This document shows positions 45,652 to 55,534 of a DNA stretch of 64,000 bases, piece by piece (the stretch's first letter is position 1; every line of letters starts with the position of its first letter). Where the stretch lies: the NCBI GenBank assembly GCA_964447945.1, contig CAYUUO010000001.1:35687-99686 (forward strand). Reading direction: 5' to 3'. This stretch comes from an uncultured Oscillospiraceae bacterium. Its GTDB lineage: Bacteria; Bacillota; Clostridia; UBA1381; UBA9506. The notes under the pieces are model-generated. The model searched no databases. It was given only the letters and a program-made list of their open reading frames with translations, and had not been told where the DNA came from. The position numbers and the translations under genes are program-made.

Positions 45652-47394
45652 TTAATATTTAGGTCTTTCATGATAATGGGTGTGCAGAAGCTGATGGGCC
45701 TTATGACCGCAGGGCTCACCCAAATATTCCTCATACAGCTTTTTGATATAAGGATTATCATGAGATTTTCTGAAGGAAAGAGCCTTATCCTCAGCGTAAA
45801 GCGCCTTGGCACGCTCAGCCTTCAGGTCAATTTCCGCCAGAACCTTGGCAGACTGAATGGGCTGTCCGCCGCCGGTTACGCAGCCGCCGGGGCAAGCCAT
45901 AATCTCAATAAACTGATAGTCCGCCTTGCCTTCCCGCACGGCCGTCAGCAGCTTTCTGGCATTGCCCAGACCGTGGGCTACGGCTACCTTAATATCCATG
46001 CCGGCGATGTTAACGGTGGCTTCCTTAATGCCCTCCGTACCTCTCACGGCGTGATATTCAATGTCCTCTAAGGAGCTGCCGGTCAGAACGTCAGCCACGG
46101 TCCGCAGAGCGGCCTCCATAACACCGCCGGTTGCACCGAAGATAACACCGGCGCCGGTGGCCTCGTCGCCGAAGGGTGAATCAAACACCGCGTCGGGCAG
46201 CTTCGCAAACTCAATGCCGGCTTCCTTAATCATTTTGGCCAATTCGCGGGTCGTGATAACTGCGTCAACATCCGGATATCCGGTGCCGGACAGTTCCTCA
46301 CGCTGTGCCTCAAACTTTTTGGCAGTACAGGGCATGACGGATACAACGTAAATATCCTTAGGATCGATACCGGCTTTTTCCGCATAATAGGATTTTAGAA
46401 TCGCACCGTACATTTCATGAGGTGATTTGGCGGTGGAGAGATTATCCAGAAAGTCCGGGAAATCGTGCTCACAGAACTTAACCCAACCGGGGCTGCAGGA
46501 GGTAATCATGGGCAGCTTGCCGCCCTCCTTAATTCTGTTAATCAGCTCGGAGCCCTCCTCCATAATGGTCAGGTCGGCACCAAAGTCTGTATCAAACACC
46601 TTGTCAAAGCCCAGAAGCTTCAAGGCAGCAGCCATTTTGCCGGTTACCGGCGTGCCGATGGGCATACCGAATTCCTCGCCCAGAGCGGCTCTGACGGCAG
46701 GTGCAGTCTGCACCACAACGTGTTTGCTTTCATCAGCCAGCGCATTCCAGACAGGTGTTAAGCCGTCCTTTTCGCGCAGAGCACCCACAGGGCAGTGAAC
46801 AATACACTGACCGCACATAGCGCAGTCTGTGTCTGCCAAGGACTTGTTAAAGGAGCAGCTGATCCGGGTGTTAAAACCTCTCTCTGTTGCATCAATAACG
46901 CCGACGGTCTGCAGCTTTTTGCATACCGATACACAACGGCGGCACAAAATACATTTGTTATTGTCACGGACAATGGAGGGAGAGAAATCATCCACGGTGT
47001 TTTGGGACATATCGCCCTCATAGGGGATATCCGTAACGTTCAGCTCGTCTGCCAGCTTCTGCAGCTCGCAGTTGCGGTTCCGCACGCAGGTCAGACACTT
47101 TCTTTCGTGGTTGGAAAGCATCAATTCCAAAACGGCCTTTCTGGCCTTTCTGACGCGCGGTGTTGCAGTGAACACCTCCATGCCCTCGCTGACGGGGTAA
47201 ACACAGGCGGTCACCAGTGACTTGGCGCCCTTGACCTCAACAAGACACATTCTGCATGCGCCAATTTCATTAATATCCTTTAAATAGCAAAGCGTGGGGA
47301 TGTCAATCCCGGCCTGACGGGCTGCCTGCAGAACGGTGTAGTCCTGCGGTACCGAAACGCTTTGGCCATTAATTGTAAGTGTAACCATTTCCAT
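45652..47394 (-). CDS. hydA: [FeFe] hydrogenase catalytic subunit HydA (group A, multimeric/bifurcating-type context)
   Basis: The N-terminus has a 2Fe-2S ferredoxin fold (CYLKDINEIGACRMCLVEV) and 4Fe-4S motifs (CILCRRCVSVC, CAMCGQCIVHCP). The H-cluster motifs are TSCSPGW, MPCTAKKFE and EIMACPGGCVTGGGQP. Confidence 0.9.
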   Translation of the reverse strand: MEMVTLTINGQSVSVPQDYTVLQAARQAGIDIPTLCYLKDINEIGACRMCLVEVKGAKSLVTACVYPVSEGMEVFTATPRVRKARKAVLELMLSNHERKCLTCVRNRNCELQKLADELNVTDIPYEGDMSQNTVDDFSPSIVRDNNKCILCRRCVSVCKKLQTVGVIDATERGFNTRISCSFNKSLADTDCAMCGQCIVHCPVGALREKDGLTPVWNALADESKHVVVQTAPAVRAALGEEFGMPIGTPVTGKMAAALKLLGFDKVFDTDFGADLTIMEEGSELINRIKEGGKLPMITSCSPGWVKFCEHDFPDFLDNLSTAKSPHEMYGAILKSYYAEKAGIDPKDIYVVSVMPCTAKKFEAQREELSGTGYPDVDAVITTRELAKMIKEAGIEFAKLPDAVFDSPFGDEATGAGVIFGATGGVMEAALRTVADVLTGSSLEDIEYHAVRGTEGIKEATVNIAGMDIKVAVAHGLGNARKLLTAVREGKADYQFIEIMACPGGCVTGGGQPIQSAKVLAEIDLKAERAKALYAEDKALSFRKSHDNPYIKKLYEEYLGEPCGHKAHQLLHTHYHERPKY

Positions 47395-47415
47395 TGTACA
47401 AGCTTCCTCCTTTCG

Positions 47416-49212
47416 TTATTTCACCATGATGGCGCCAAACCGGCATTTTTCAATACAAGCGCCGCATTTAATACATTTTTCGGGATCGATACGGAAGGGA
47501 CTCTTTACCTCGCCGTAGATCGCGCCGGCAGGACACTGTCTGGCGCAGAGACTGCAGCCCTTACATTTATCCGCCTCAATCACATAGCTGAGCAGTGCCT
47601 TACAAACGCCGGCAGGACATTTTTTATCCACAACGTGAGCCTCATATTCATCCCGGAAATAACGCAGGGTGGAAAGAACCGGGTTGGGAGCCGTCTGTCC
47701 CAGACCGCAGAGCGCAGATTCCTTAATGTTATAGGCCAGCGCCTCCAGCTTGTCCAGATCCTCCAGGGTGCCCTTGCCGTGGGTGATTTTGTCCAGAATC
47801 TCCAGCATACGCTTGGTGCCGATACGGCAGGGCGTACATTTACCGCAGGATTCATCAACCGTAAATTCCAAGAAGAACTTAGCAATGTCAACCATGCAGT
47901 TGTCCTCGTCCATAACAATCAGACCGCCGGAGCCCATCATGGAGCCGATCTGAATCAGGGAGTCATAGTCAATGGGAACATCCATCAAGGAAGCGGGGAT
48001 ACAGCCGCCGGAGGGGCCGCCGGTCTGAGCAGCCTTAAACTTTTTGCCACCCGGGATGCCGCCGCCGATTTCCTCAACAATCTCACGGAGCGTTGTGCCC
48101 ATCGGCACCTCCACAAGACCGGTGTTATTGATTTTGCCGCCCAGCGCAAAGACCTTGGTACCCTTGCTCTTTTCTGTACCGATGGAGGAGAACCAGTCTG
48201 CGCCGTTTAAAATAATCTGGGGGATGTTCGCATAGGTTTCCACGTTATTCAAAAGCGTCGGCTTTTCCCACAAGCCCTTAACGGCCGGGAAGGGCGGACG
48301 GGGTCTCGGCTCGCCGCGCTTGCCTTCAATCGAGGTCATCAGAGCGGTTTCCTCACCGCAGACAAAGGCGCCGGCGCCCAGACGAATTTCCAGATCAAAG
48401 CAGAAATCCGTGCCGAAAATGTTTTTGCCCAGCAGTCCGTACTCGCGGGCCTGATCAATGGCAATCTGCAAACGCTTAACAGCGATGGGGTACTCAGCAC
48501 GAATATAGATGTAACCCTGCTCAGCGTTAATGGCGTAGGCCGCGATGGCCATGGCCTCAATAACCGCGTGGGGATCACCCTCTAAAACGCTTCTGTCCAT
48601 GAACGCGCCCGGGTCGCCCTCGTCGGCGTTACAGCAGACATATTTGCCGATGACGTTGGGGGACTTAGCCGCCAGCATCCATTTGATGCCGGTGGGGAAG
48701 CCGCCGCCGCCGCGGCCGCGCAGTCCGGATTTTTTAATTTCTTCAATAACGCCCTCGGGGGTCATTTCCGTCAGAACCTTACCTAAGGCCTTGTAGCCGT
48801 CCAGCGCAATATATTCGTCGATGTTCTCCGGGTTGATTACGCCGCAGTTGCGCAGGGCAATTCTCTGCTGCTTTTTGTAAAAGTCAACCTCATTCAGTGA
48901 TTTAATCTCATCCTCATGTACGGTTTCATCATATAAAAGACGGGTTACAATACGGCCCTTTAACAGATGCTCGGAAACGATTTCCTCCACGTCCTCAGGC
49001 TTTACCATGCTGTAAAAGGAGCCCTCGGGGTAAACAATGACAACAGGGCCCAGCGCACACAGACCGAAGCAGCCTGTTTGTACCACCTTGACCTCTTTTT
49101 CAAGGCCCTTTGCCGCCAGCTGGGCTTCAAATTCTTCCCTAATCTTCTGGCTGCCGGACGAGGTACAGCCTGTACCGCCGCAGACCAGAACGGTTGATCT
49201 TGCAAAATCCAT
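47416..49212 (-). CDS. hydB: NuoF-like NAD(P)H-binding flavoprotein subunit HydB
   Basis: The RBS aaaggagg precedes the ATG. It has an N-terminal thioredoxin-like 2Fe-2S region, the FMN/NADH motif GLRGRGGGGFPTGIKW and C-terminal 2x[4Fe-4S] motifs (CKGCSLCARQCP, CIKCGACIEKC). Confidence 0.9.
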   Translation of the reverse strand: MDFARSTVLVCGGTGCTSSGSQKIREEFEAQLAAKGLEKEVKVVQTGCFGLCALGPVVIVYPEGSFYSMVKPEDVEEIVSEHLLKGRIVTRLLYDETVHEDEIKSLNEVDFYKKQQRIALRNCGVINPENIDEYIALDGYKALGKVLTEMTPEGVIEEIKKSGLRGRGGGGFPTGIKWMLAAKSPNVIGKYVCCNADEGDPGAFMDRSVLEGDPHAVIEAMAIAAYAINAEQGYIYIRAEYPIAVKRLQIAIDQAREYGLLGKNIFGTDFCFDLEIRLGAGAFVCGEETALMTSIEGKRGEPRPRPPFPAVKGLWEKPTLLNNVETYANIPQIILNGADWFSSIGTEKSKGTKVFALGGKINNTGLVEVPMGTTLREIVEEIGGGIPGGKKFKAAQTGGPSGGCIPASLMDVPIDYDSLIQIGSMMGSGGLIVMDEDNCMVDIAKFFLEFTVDESCGKCTPCRIGTKRMLEILDKITHGKGTLEDLDKLEALAYNIKESALCGLGQTAPNPVLSTLRYFRDEYEAHVVDKKCPAGVCKALLSYVIEADKCKGCSLCARQCPAGAIYGEVKSPFRIDPEKCIKCGACIEKCRFGAIMVK

Positions 49213-49228
49213 GTTCCGTTATCCTCCT

Positions 49229-49609
49229 TTATTCTTGTGCTGCGCCAATGGTGTATTCTGTGCAGACGCGGCCGTTTACGATATGCTCGCTGACAACCTT
49301 CAGAGCCTTCTCGGGGGTCATCTTAATATAGGTTACCTTTTCCTTGCCGGGCATCATCACTTCAACGATCGGCTCAAATTTGCACATGCCGATGCAGCCG
49401 GTCTGTGCCACGGTTACGTGTGCCAGGCCGCGCTTGCCGATTTCCTCTACCAGTGCGCTCAGCACGGGGCGGGCACCGGCGGCGATACCGCAGGTTGCCA
49501 TGCCGACAACAACGCGGGTTGCATGGGCGTCGTCATCCTTGCGCATGCCCACCTGATTTTTCATTCTGTTCTTTATTGCCTCAAGCTCTGCTAAACTTTT
49601 CATCATCAA
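49229..49609 (-). CDS. Small thioredoxin-like [2Fe-2S] ferredoxin-domain protein
   Basis: The motifs are VVVGMATCGIAAGA and QTGCIGMCKFEPIV. Its position between the ATPase-like gene and hydB matches Thermoanaerobacter-type hyd operons. Confidence 0.8.
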   Translation of the reverse strand: MMMKSLAELEAIKNRMKNQVGMRKDDDAHATRVVVGMATCGIAAGARPVLSALVEEIGKRGLAHVTVAQTGCIGMCKFEPIVEVMMPGKEKVTYIKMTPEKALKVVSEHIVNGRVCTEYTIGAAQE

Positions 49610-49685
49610 GCTCCATTCCCACAGCGGCCGGGCCGCCGTGTATTTAATTTGCCGTGCGCCCCGCGCACGAAAAAAATTCTAATCC

Positions 49686-50234
49686 TTATGTAGGCTGTGA
49701 AATTTCCCGCAGGCCCTCCGTGATATAATCTGTCAGCCACAGGATAATTTCAGGCTGTGACAGTTCCACATCACCCAGCACCTGCCTGACCTCCCGGGTG
49801 TCCAGCAGAAATTCTCTGCCGTCAACGGTGTGACGGTATTGAAAATCGATGGCCGGATTACCGGACAGCACGGTGGTAATGGTTTGTGCCATATCCCCCA
49901 GCGGCTGGCGGTCAATGTGATTATAGACAAAATCGGCGCGAACCGCAGTCCCCTTGCCTTTTTCCGATTCAATGGCAAAGCTGCCGCCGGCAGCTTCGGC
50001 CGCCGCCTTAAAAAGGGACAGCCCCAGTCCCACCTTCCGGGTGGTGCGGGTGGTTTTAAAGGGGTCGGTCACGGAGCGCAGAAACGCTTCATCCATGCCG
50101 CAGCCGTTGTCAGTGATTTCGACCGACAGCCGGTTGCCCTGCCTGTCCTCGCAGACGGTCACGCCAATCAGGCTGGCGCCTGCCTTAACGGAATTATTGA
50201 TTATGTCCAGAATATGGAGTGAAATTTCAAGCAT
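49686..50234 (-). CDS. Histidine-kinase-like ATPase (HATPase_c-only) protein of the hyd operon
   Basis: The N-box/G-box-like motifs are ILDIINNSVKAG, ITDNGCGMD and GLGLSLFK. Confidence 0.75.
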   Translation of the reverse strand: MLEISLHILDIINNSVKAGASLIGVTVCEDRQGNRLSVEITDNGCGMDEAFLRSVTDPFKTTRTTRKVGLGLSLFKAAAEAAGGSFAIESEKGKGTAVRADFVYNHIDRQPLGDMAQTITTVLSGNPAIDFQYRHTVDGREFLLDTREVRQVLGDVELSQPEIILWLTDYITEGLREISQPT

Positions 50235-50242
50235 AGGCCGGA

Positions 50243-50740
50243 TTATTCGCTGTATTTCGCCAGGATTCTCTCCACATCATCTACCGTCAGCTTGCCATAT
50301 ACATCATCGTTCACAGTCATGACAGGCGCCAGACCGCAGGCACCGATGCAGCGGGTTGCGTCGATAGAATACTTACCGTCGGGCGTACATTCGCCCTCGG
50401 AGATGCCCAGCTTTTCCTTAATCTTGTTCAGAATATCGCCGGAACCCTTAACATAGCAGGCGGTACCCAGACAAACACCAATTTTGTACTTACCCTTGGG
50501 CTGGGTGGTAAACTGGGTGTAAAAGGTGACAACACCGTAAATTTCGGCCATGGTAACATCCAGATTCTGTGAAATGATGGCCTGCACTTCAGCGGGCAGA
50601 TAGCCGTAGATTTCCTGTGCCTCGTGGAGGACGGGAATCAGCGCGCCGTCTGTGCCCTTGTAGCGGTTGATGACTTCCATCAGCTTTGCTTCCTGTTCCT
50701 TGGTGCCCTTAAAGGCGACCGTTTGTTGTTGATTCAACAA
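50243..50740 (-). CDS. hydC: NuoE-like [2Fe-2S] subunit HydC
   Basis: It has a TTG start with the RBS aaggggg. The motifs are CLGTACYVKG and CIGACGLAPVMTVN. Confidence 0.85.
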   Translation of the reverse strand: MLNQQQTVAFKGTKEQEAKLMEVINRYKGTDGALIPVLHEAQEIYGYLPAEVQAIISQNLDVTMAEIYGVVTFYTQFTTQPKGKYKIGVCLGTACYVKGSGDILNKIKEKLGISEGECTPDGKYSIDATRCIGACGLAPVMTVNDDVYGKLTVDDVERILAKYSE

Positions 50741-50818
50741 AAATTACCCCCTTGTCTTATTTGTGCGGCATGGAAAAGTGCCGCCGTATTTATGTTTTTG
50801 ACAGGTTTTGGAGCCAAT

Positions 50819-50836
50819 TTGTTAATCTCTTAACAA
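50819..50836. promoter_or_regulatory. Rex-type operator (perfect palindrome TTGTTAA-TCTC-TTAACAA)
   Basis: This 18-bp site matches the clostridial Rex consensus TTGTTAAnnnnTTAACAA exactly. It lies about 80 nt upstream of the hydC start and just downstream of the predicted hyd promoter. Confidence 0.6.
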
Positions 50837-50858
50837 GAAATAGTCCAAAACCTTATTA

Positions 50859-50887
50859 ATTATACCATTTGTTCCGCTAAAAGTCTA
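50859..50887 (-). promoter_or_regulatory. Sigma-70-type promoter of the hyd operon (TAGACT-17-TGgTATAAT)
   Basis: On the minus strand the -35 hexamer is at 50887-50882 and the extended -10 ends at 50859. Confidence 0.5.
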
Positions 50888-51088
50888 TAGGAATTATCAT
50901 AATTTTATTAATTTTCTTGATTTTTGGCGGTTTTCCATAAAAAAACGCAGTTTATCTGTTTGATTATAAATAAATTTTTAAACTTCTGTAAATAAGGCTT
51001 TTTTTTATGGAAAAATTGTGATATACTTATTATATAGATAAATCGGTAAGTTGTCCTGATTTTATATCTATGCATCGGTTTTGTAATT

Positions 51089-52003
51089 ATGATTGGCGGG
51101 AGTGGTGTTTTGCTCGGCATTATTAATTTGAATAAACCGACGGGCAAAACCTCTCATGACATGGTATCCTTTGTCAGGCGGACGCTGGGCATCCGGCGTG
51201 TTGGCCACGCGGGAACCCTGGATCCGGAGGCGTCCGGTGTTTTGCCGGTTTTAGTGGGCAAGGCCACAGCCCTGTCGGATTTATTGACGGAAAAAACCAA
51301 AACCTACACGGCCATTGTCCGTCTGGGTCTTGAAACGGATACTTATGATCTGGCAGGAACGGTATTGGATTGCAGCGACGTCCGGCCGTCGCCGGAGGCA
51401 ATTGAACGGGCAGCCGCCGGCTTTACCGGGGAAATCAGTCAGCTGCCGCCCATGTATTCCGCCGTTAAAATGAACGGCAAAAAGCTGTATGAGCTGGCGC
51501 GGCAGGGGATAACGGTGGAGCGGCAGCCCCGCCGGGTGCAGATTTACAGTCTGCGCTGCTTTGATTTCACGGCGGAGGGCTTTTCCATGGAGGTGGAATG
51601 CTCCAAGGGGACCTACATCCGCTCTCTGTGTCACGATTTGGGCAAAGCATTGGGCACCTGCGCCTGTATGGCGTCTCTGGTGCGCACCCGGAGCGGTCCC
51701 TTTACTCTTGAAAACGCGGTTACGCCGGAGGCGCTTAAGCTGGCGGCGGAACGTGGACAAACGGAAACGGTGCTGCTGCCGCCGGAAACGGTGTTGTCTG
51801 CTTATCCGGCTGTAGAGGTGCCGCCTGGGGCGGCTGCAAAAATTCGGAACGGTCTGCGGCTGCGTACCGGTCAACTGGGAATCAGCGGCGCGGCGGCGGA
51901 TGACCGGTTTCGGCTCTACGAGGGCGCGACGCTTTTGTGCCTTTCAAGAGCAGTGCCCGGGGAGGGCGGGCTGGTTCTTGCCATTGAAAAAAGCTTTTAC
52001 TGA
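51089..52003 (+). CDS. truB: tRNA pseudouridine(55) synthase
   Basis: The motifs are GIINLNKPTGKTSHD and the catalytic HAGTLDPEASGVL. The start codon is uncertain by a few codons. Confidence 0.9.
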   Translation: MIGGSGVLLGIINLNKPTGKTSHDMVSFVRRTLGIRRVGHAGTLDPEASGVLPVLVGKATALSDLLTEKTKTYTAIVRLGLETDTYDLAGTVLDCSDVRPSPEAIERAAAGFTGEISQLPPMYSAVKMNGKKLYELARQGITVERQPRRVQIYSLRCFDFTAEGFSMEVECSKGTYIRSLCHDLGKALGTCACMASLVRTRSGPFTLENAVTPEALKLAAERGQTETVLLPPETVLSAYPAVEVPPGAAAKIRNGLRLRTGQLGISGAAADDRFRLYEGATLLCLSRAVPGEGGLVLAIEKSFY

Positions 52004-52101
52004 TTTGGCGGTCTTTCTCCGGCAGTTCAGCTGGCAGCAATTTCATGAACTGCGGGGGTGTCTATATCAATAACACAACAAAATCAAGGGAGGTAATTCA
52101 A

Positions 52102-53013
52102 ATGAACACGGTTTGGTATGATTACAGCAGAATCGCAGCCCGGAACGGAACGGCGGTGGCCCTGGGCAACTTCGACGGATTGCACAGGGGTCATATGAAG
52201 CTTCTCTCCATGCTGATGGACTTGTCCCAGGACAACGGACTGCACTCTGTGGTCTACACCTTTGACAAGCATCCGATTAATGTGATTAAGGGCGAGAATA
52301 CTTTAAAGCTGATTGCGGATAATGAATATAAGCAGGAGCTGTTATCCACCTGCCATCTGGATACGTTGTTTTTTGAAAGCTTTGAAGCAGTGCGTAACCT
52401 TTCTCCCGAGGAATTTGTGCGGGATATTCTGGTGGAAAAACTGAATATGAAAATTGCTGTGGTGGGACTCCATAATCACTACGGCAAGGATTCTGAAGGC
52501 GATGTGAAGATGCTCAGAGAGTTTGGTCAGAAATACGGCTTTCTGGTGTATATGATCAAGCCTTTATATTTTGGCGATTTTCTGTGCTCCAGCACCAAAA
52601 TCCGGGCACTAATTGAAAACGGCGAGGTGGAAAAGGCTGCCGAGCTGCTGGGACGCCCCTTTAAAATCAGAAATACCGTGGTGCAGGATAAAATGCTGGG
52701 CAGAACACTGGGCTATCCCACGGCCAACATGATTCCGGGCGCGGGACAGCTGATTCCGAAATTCGGTGTTTACGGCACCACAACCTGTGTGGACGGCGTG
52801 GCCTATAAGTCCATTACGAATGTGGGGGACAGTCCCACGGTGGGCGACGGCGCCGTTCGGATTGAAACCTATATCATCGGCTTCGACAAGGACGTTTACA
52901 ACGAAAAGCTGGAAGTGGAATTTCTGTTTAAAATCCGCGACCAGCGGGCGTTTACCAATTTAGATGAATTAAAGGCGCAGCTGGAGGAGGATGAAAAGAC
53001 TCGGCTGGCTTAG
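52102..53013 (+). CDS. ribF: Bifunctional riboflavin kinase / FMN adenylyltransferase
   Basis: The RBS aagggagg precedes the ATG at 52102. The motifs are GNFDGLHRGH and LGYPTANM. Confidence 0.9.
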   Translation: MNTVWYDYSRIAARNGTAVALGNFDGLHRGHMKLLSMLMDLSQDNGLHSVVYTFDKHPINVIKGENTLKLIADNEYKQELLSTCHLDTLFFESFEAVRNLSPEEFVRDILVEKLNMKIAVVGLHNHYGKDSEGDVKMLREFGQKYGFLVYMIKPLYFGDFLCSSTKIRALIENGEVEKAAELLGRPFKIRNTVVQDKMLGRTLGYPTANMIPGAGQLIPKFGVYGTTTCVDGVAYKSITNVGDSPTVGDGAVRIETYIIGFDKDVYNEKLEVEFLFKIRDQRAFTNLDELKAQLEEDEKTRLA

Positions 53014-53223
53014 CCTTGGGCAATAGGGTTCGATATTTTCCTTTGCCTAAAGTTTACGGGGGCTTGTCGCAAAATGATTTTTCAATCAGAGGGCGACAGG
53101 CCTCTTTTTGCTTGCTTTTTGCGGCGGCCGGGTTTTGATACACAAAAGCCGGTTTCAGATTTGGTCTGTCAGCCGGCAGCAACCTTCCTGCCGGGCAAAC
53201 CGGAAACGTCTTTTTGAAAAATA

Positions 53224-53252
53224 TTGACAAACAGCCAAAAAAATGATACAAT
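53224..53252 (+). promoter_or_regulatory. Sigma-70-type promoter (TTGACA-17-TGaTACAAT)
   Basis: The -35 hexamer is at 53224-53229 and the -10 hexamer at 53247-53252. It lies upstream of the LCP-rsmA pair. Confidence 0.65.
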
Positions 53253-53390
53253 GTTTTTGATTTTTTCCAAATATATTCTGGTTTTTTCAGTATGGGAGGA
53301 AAATTCAGAGTTTATTAACAATATATTCACACTTATATTATAGAATAAATATGAACAATTGTTTTGTACGAAAGCGAAAGGATTTTGGAG

Positions 53391-54335
53391 ATGAATAAGA
53401 AAAAGTTCTTTTTATCAATGCTGATAACGATTTTGGTCGTTGCCATGGTAGGCGGCGGCTTAGCGACGGCTAATTTTTTCTTTGGGACCAATCTTTCGGA
53501 GGAAATCGCCAAATATCTGGATAAAACAACAACGGATAAGGTCAATGTTCTCTTAATGGGTCTGGATAAGGATAAAACCCGGGCAGACGTGATTATGGTG
53601 GTGTCTGTGGATCCTGCGGAAAATACGGTGAATGTTTTATCCATCCCTCGGGACACGCGGGTACAATACTCCGAATCGAAGTATGATAAAATTAATCATG
53701 CCATGGGATATAAAAACCCGGAGGAGAGGATTATCACGCTGGTCAAGCAGGTGACGGGCATGCCCATTCACTACTACTGCGAGGTGGATTTTGAGGGCTT
53801 CCGCAATGTTATCGATATTCTGGGCGGCGTGGAATATGATGTGCCGATTAACATGAATTATGACGATCCGGCGCAGGATCTGCACATTCATGTGAACAAG
53901 GGTTTGCAGGTGCTGAACGGTAAGGATGCGGAGGGCGTTGTCCGGTACCGCGCCACCTATGTCAACGGCGATAATGACCGGATTGCTCTGCAGCAGGACT
54001 TTTTAAAGGAAATGTTTGCGCAAAAGCTGCAGCCGGAATATATTACCAAGGCGCCGGCTATCATCAAGGAAATCTATGCCCATGTCAAAACAAACTTTTC
54101 CGTGGCGGACGCTACGAAATATCTGGGGATGCTGAAAAAGATGACGCCGGAATCTCTGTCCACTCATATGTTGCCCGGTGAGGGGAAATATATTAGTAAT
54201 GTTTCTTATTTTGTCTATGATCCTGAGGAAACCTATCAGCTGATTTTAACGCAATTCGGCTATCCTGAGGAGGAGGCTGCTAAGCTGAAGGCCAGCGCCT
54301 CTGCATCTCCTGCTACTTCGGCGGCGGCTCGATGA
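53391..54335 (+). CDS. LytR-CpsA-Psr (LCP) family cell-wall polymer transferase
   Basis: It has an N-terminal TM anchor (FFLSMLITILVVAMVGGGLA). The LCP core is VNVLLMGLDKDKTRADVIMVVSVDP...SIPRDTRV. Confidence 0.85.
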   Translation: MNKKKFFLSMLITILVVAMVGGGLATANFFFGTNLSEEIAKYLDKTTTDKVNVLLMGLDKDKTRADVIMVVSVDPAENTVNVLSIPRDTRVQYSESKYDKINHAMGYKNPEERIITLVKQVTGMPIHYYCEVDFEGFRNVIDILGGVEYDVPINMNYDDPAQDLHIHVNKGLQVLNGKDAEGVVRYRATYVNGDNDRIALQQDFLKEMFAQKLQPEYITKAPAIIKEIYAHVKTNFSVADATKYLGMLKKMTPESLSTHMLPGEGKYISNVSYFVYDPEETYQLILTQFGYPEEEAAKLKASASASPATSAAAR

Positions 54336-55204
54336 GCGGGCGTGATTTTTCCAGGCAGTCCGTTCGGCGGCAGTTATCCGGCGAGGGACTCCGGCCGAAA
54401 AAAGGGCTGGGACAAAATTTTTTAACCGATGAAACCGTGCTGGCAGATATTGTGGCCGCTGCGGCCCTGGATGCGGACACCTGCGTGCTGGAAATCGGCC
54501 CCGGTATGGGCGTGTTGACCCGGGAACTGGCCAAGACTGCTGCCTGCGTTACGGCGGTGGAAATTGACAGGACAATTTTGCCGGTTTTGGAAAAAAATTT
54601 ACAGGCTTTTCATAATGTAACAATCGTGAATCAGGATATACTAAAGCTGGATATGCAAGAACTGTTTCGCACCCGCTTTGACGGTCGGCGCGTTAAGGTT
54701 GTTGCCAATCTTCCTTATTATATTACAACACCGATTCTGATGAAGCTGCTGGAGGCACAGGTGCCCATTGACGCCATTGTGGTGATGATTCAGCGCGAGG
54801 TGGCCCAGCGCCTGGCGGCTCATGCCGGCACGAAGGATTTCGGCGCGGTAACGCTGGCTGTGCAGTATCGAGCGCGGGTTGAACATGTCCGGGATGTATC
54901 GCCTGAAGCCTTTGAGCCCATGCCTAAGGTCTGGTCATCGGTTATCCGGCTGGTGCCTCATGAAAAACCGCCGGTTGATCTTTTGGACGAGGCTCATTTC
55001 TTTCAGCTGATTAAATGCGCTTTCGGCCAGCGCCGGAAAACCTTTGTGAACGCGGTGGGTAACGGATCGATTCCGGGCATCGGCAAGGAGGCGGTTAAAG
55101 GAATCCTCACACAGCTGGGTTTTAGTGAAAATGTACGAGGGGAAACCCTGAATCTTGAACAATTTGCACAAATTTCAAATGCGATGGTTCGGCAAAGATT
55201 GTAA
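54332..55204 (+). CDS. rsmA: 16S rRNA (adenine1518/1519-N6)-dimethyltransferase
   Basis: The start overlaps the LCP stop (ATGA). The motifs are GLGQNFL and LEIGPGMGVLT. Confidence 0.9.
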   Translation: MSGRDFSRQSVRRQLSGEGLRPKKGLGQNFLTDETVLADIVAAAALDADTCVLEIGPGMGVLTRELAKTAACVTAVEIDRTILPVLEKNLQAFHNVTIVNQDILKLDMQELFRTRFDGRRVKVVANLPYYITTPILMKLLEAQVPIDAIVVMIQREVAQRLAAHAGTKDFGAVTLAVQYRARVEHVRDVSPEAFEPMPKVWSSVIRLVPHEKPPVDLLDEAHFFQLIKCAFGQRRKTFVNAVGNGSIPGIGKEAVKGILTQLGFSENVRGETLNLEQFAQISNAMVRQRL

Positions 55205-55534
55205 AAATAGACGGAATTTTTTTGTAGTAAAAGACTTTGCTTTTTCATAATTATGGAGTATAATAAATAACATCGGTTTGGATATACGGTTTATTATATT
55301 GTTCGGAGCAGTGGGATTGTATCGGAAAGCAGTGATAATTCCCCCTCGACAGACATATACTATCCATGATACTGAATATGAGCGAAGACACAGCGTCTTC
55401 GTCTGCCTTGGGAATCGCCGTTTTCCCGCAGAACGCGGTATTTTTAGAGAAAACATCGCGGAAAAGGCGCAGGGCGATTGACTTTGTTTAATACATTCTA
55501 AAGATAAGTGTTATGATGAAAGGAGTTTAAGAAA

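Noticed and set aside
47362-48210. Long antisense or alternative-frame ORFs inside confident genes, for example 47362..48210, 44282..45079, 29626..30537, 34365..35033, 4845..5591, 10133..10753 and 51281..51874.
   Set aside because: They lie entirely within, and opposite to or out of frame with, genes that have strong motif support. They have Arg/Pro/Gly-rich or otherwise low-information composition and lack an RBS. This is typical of stop-poor alternative frames in GC-rich coding DNA.
55205-55534. The 330-nt gap upstream of pck, with the ORF 55278..55481 and a few small inverted repeats. It could be a riboswitch or a small gene.
   Set aside because: The ORF starts at TTG without an RBS. The inverted repeats are short and AT-rich, and I recognise no known riboswitch core. 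Nothing here goes beyond an ordinary promoter/leader region.
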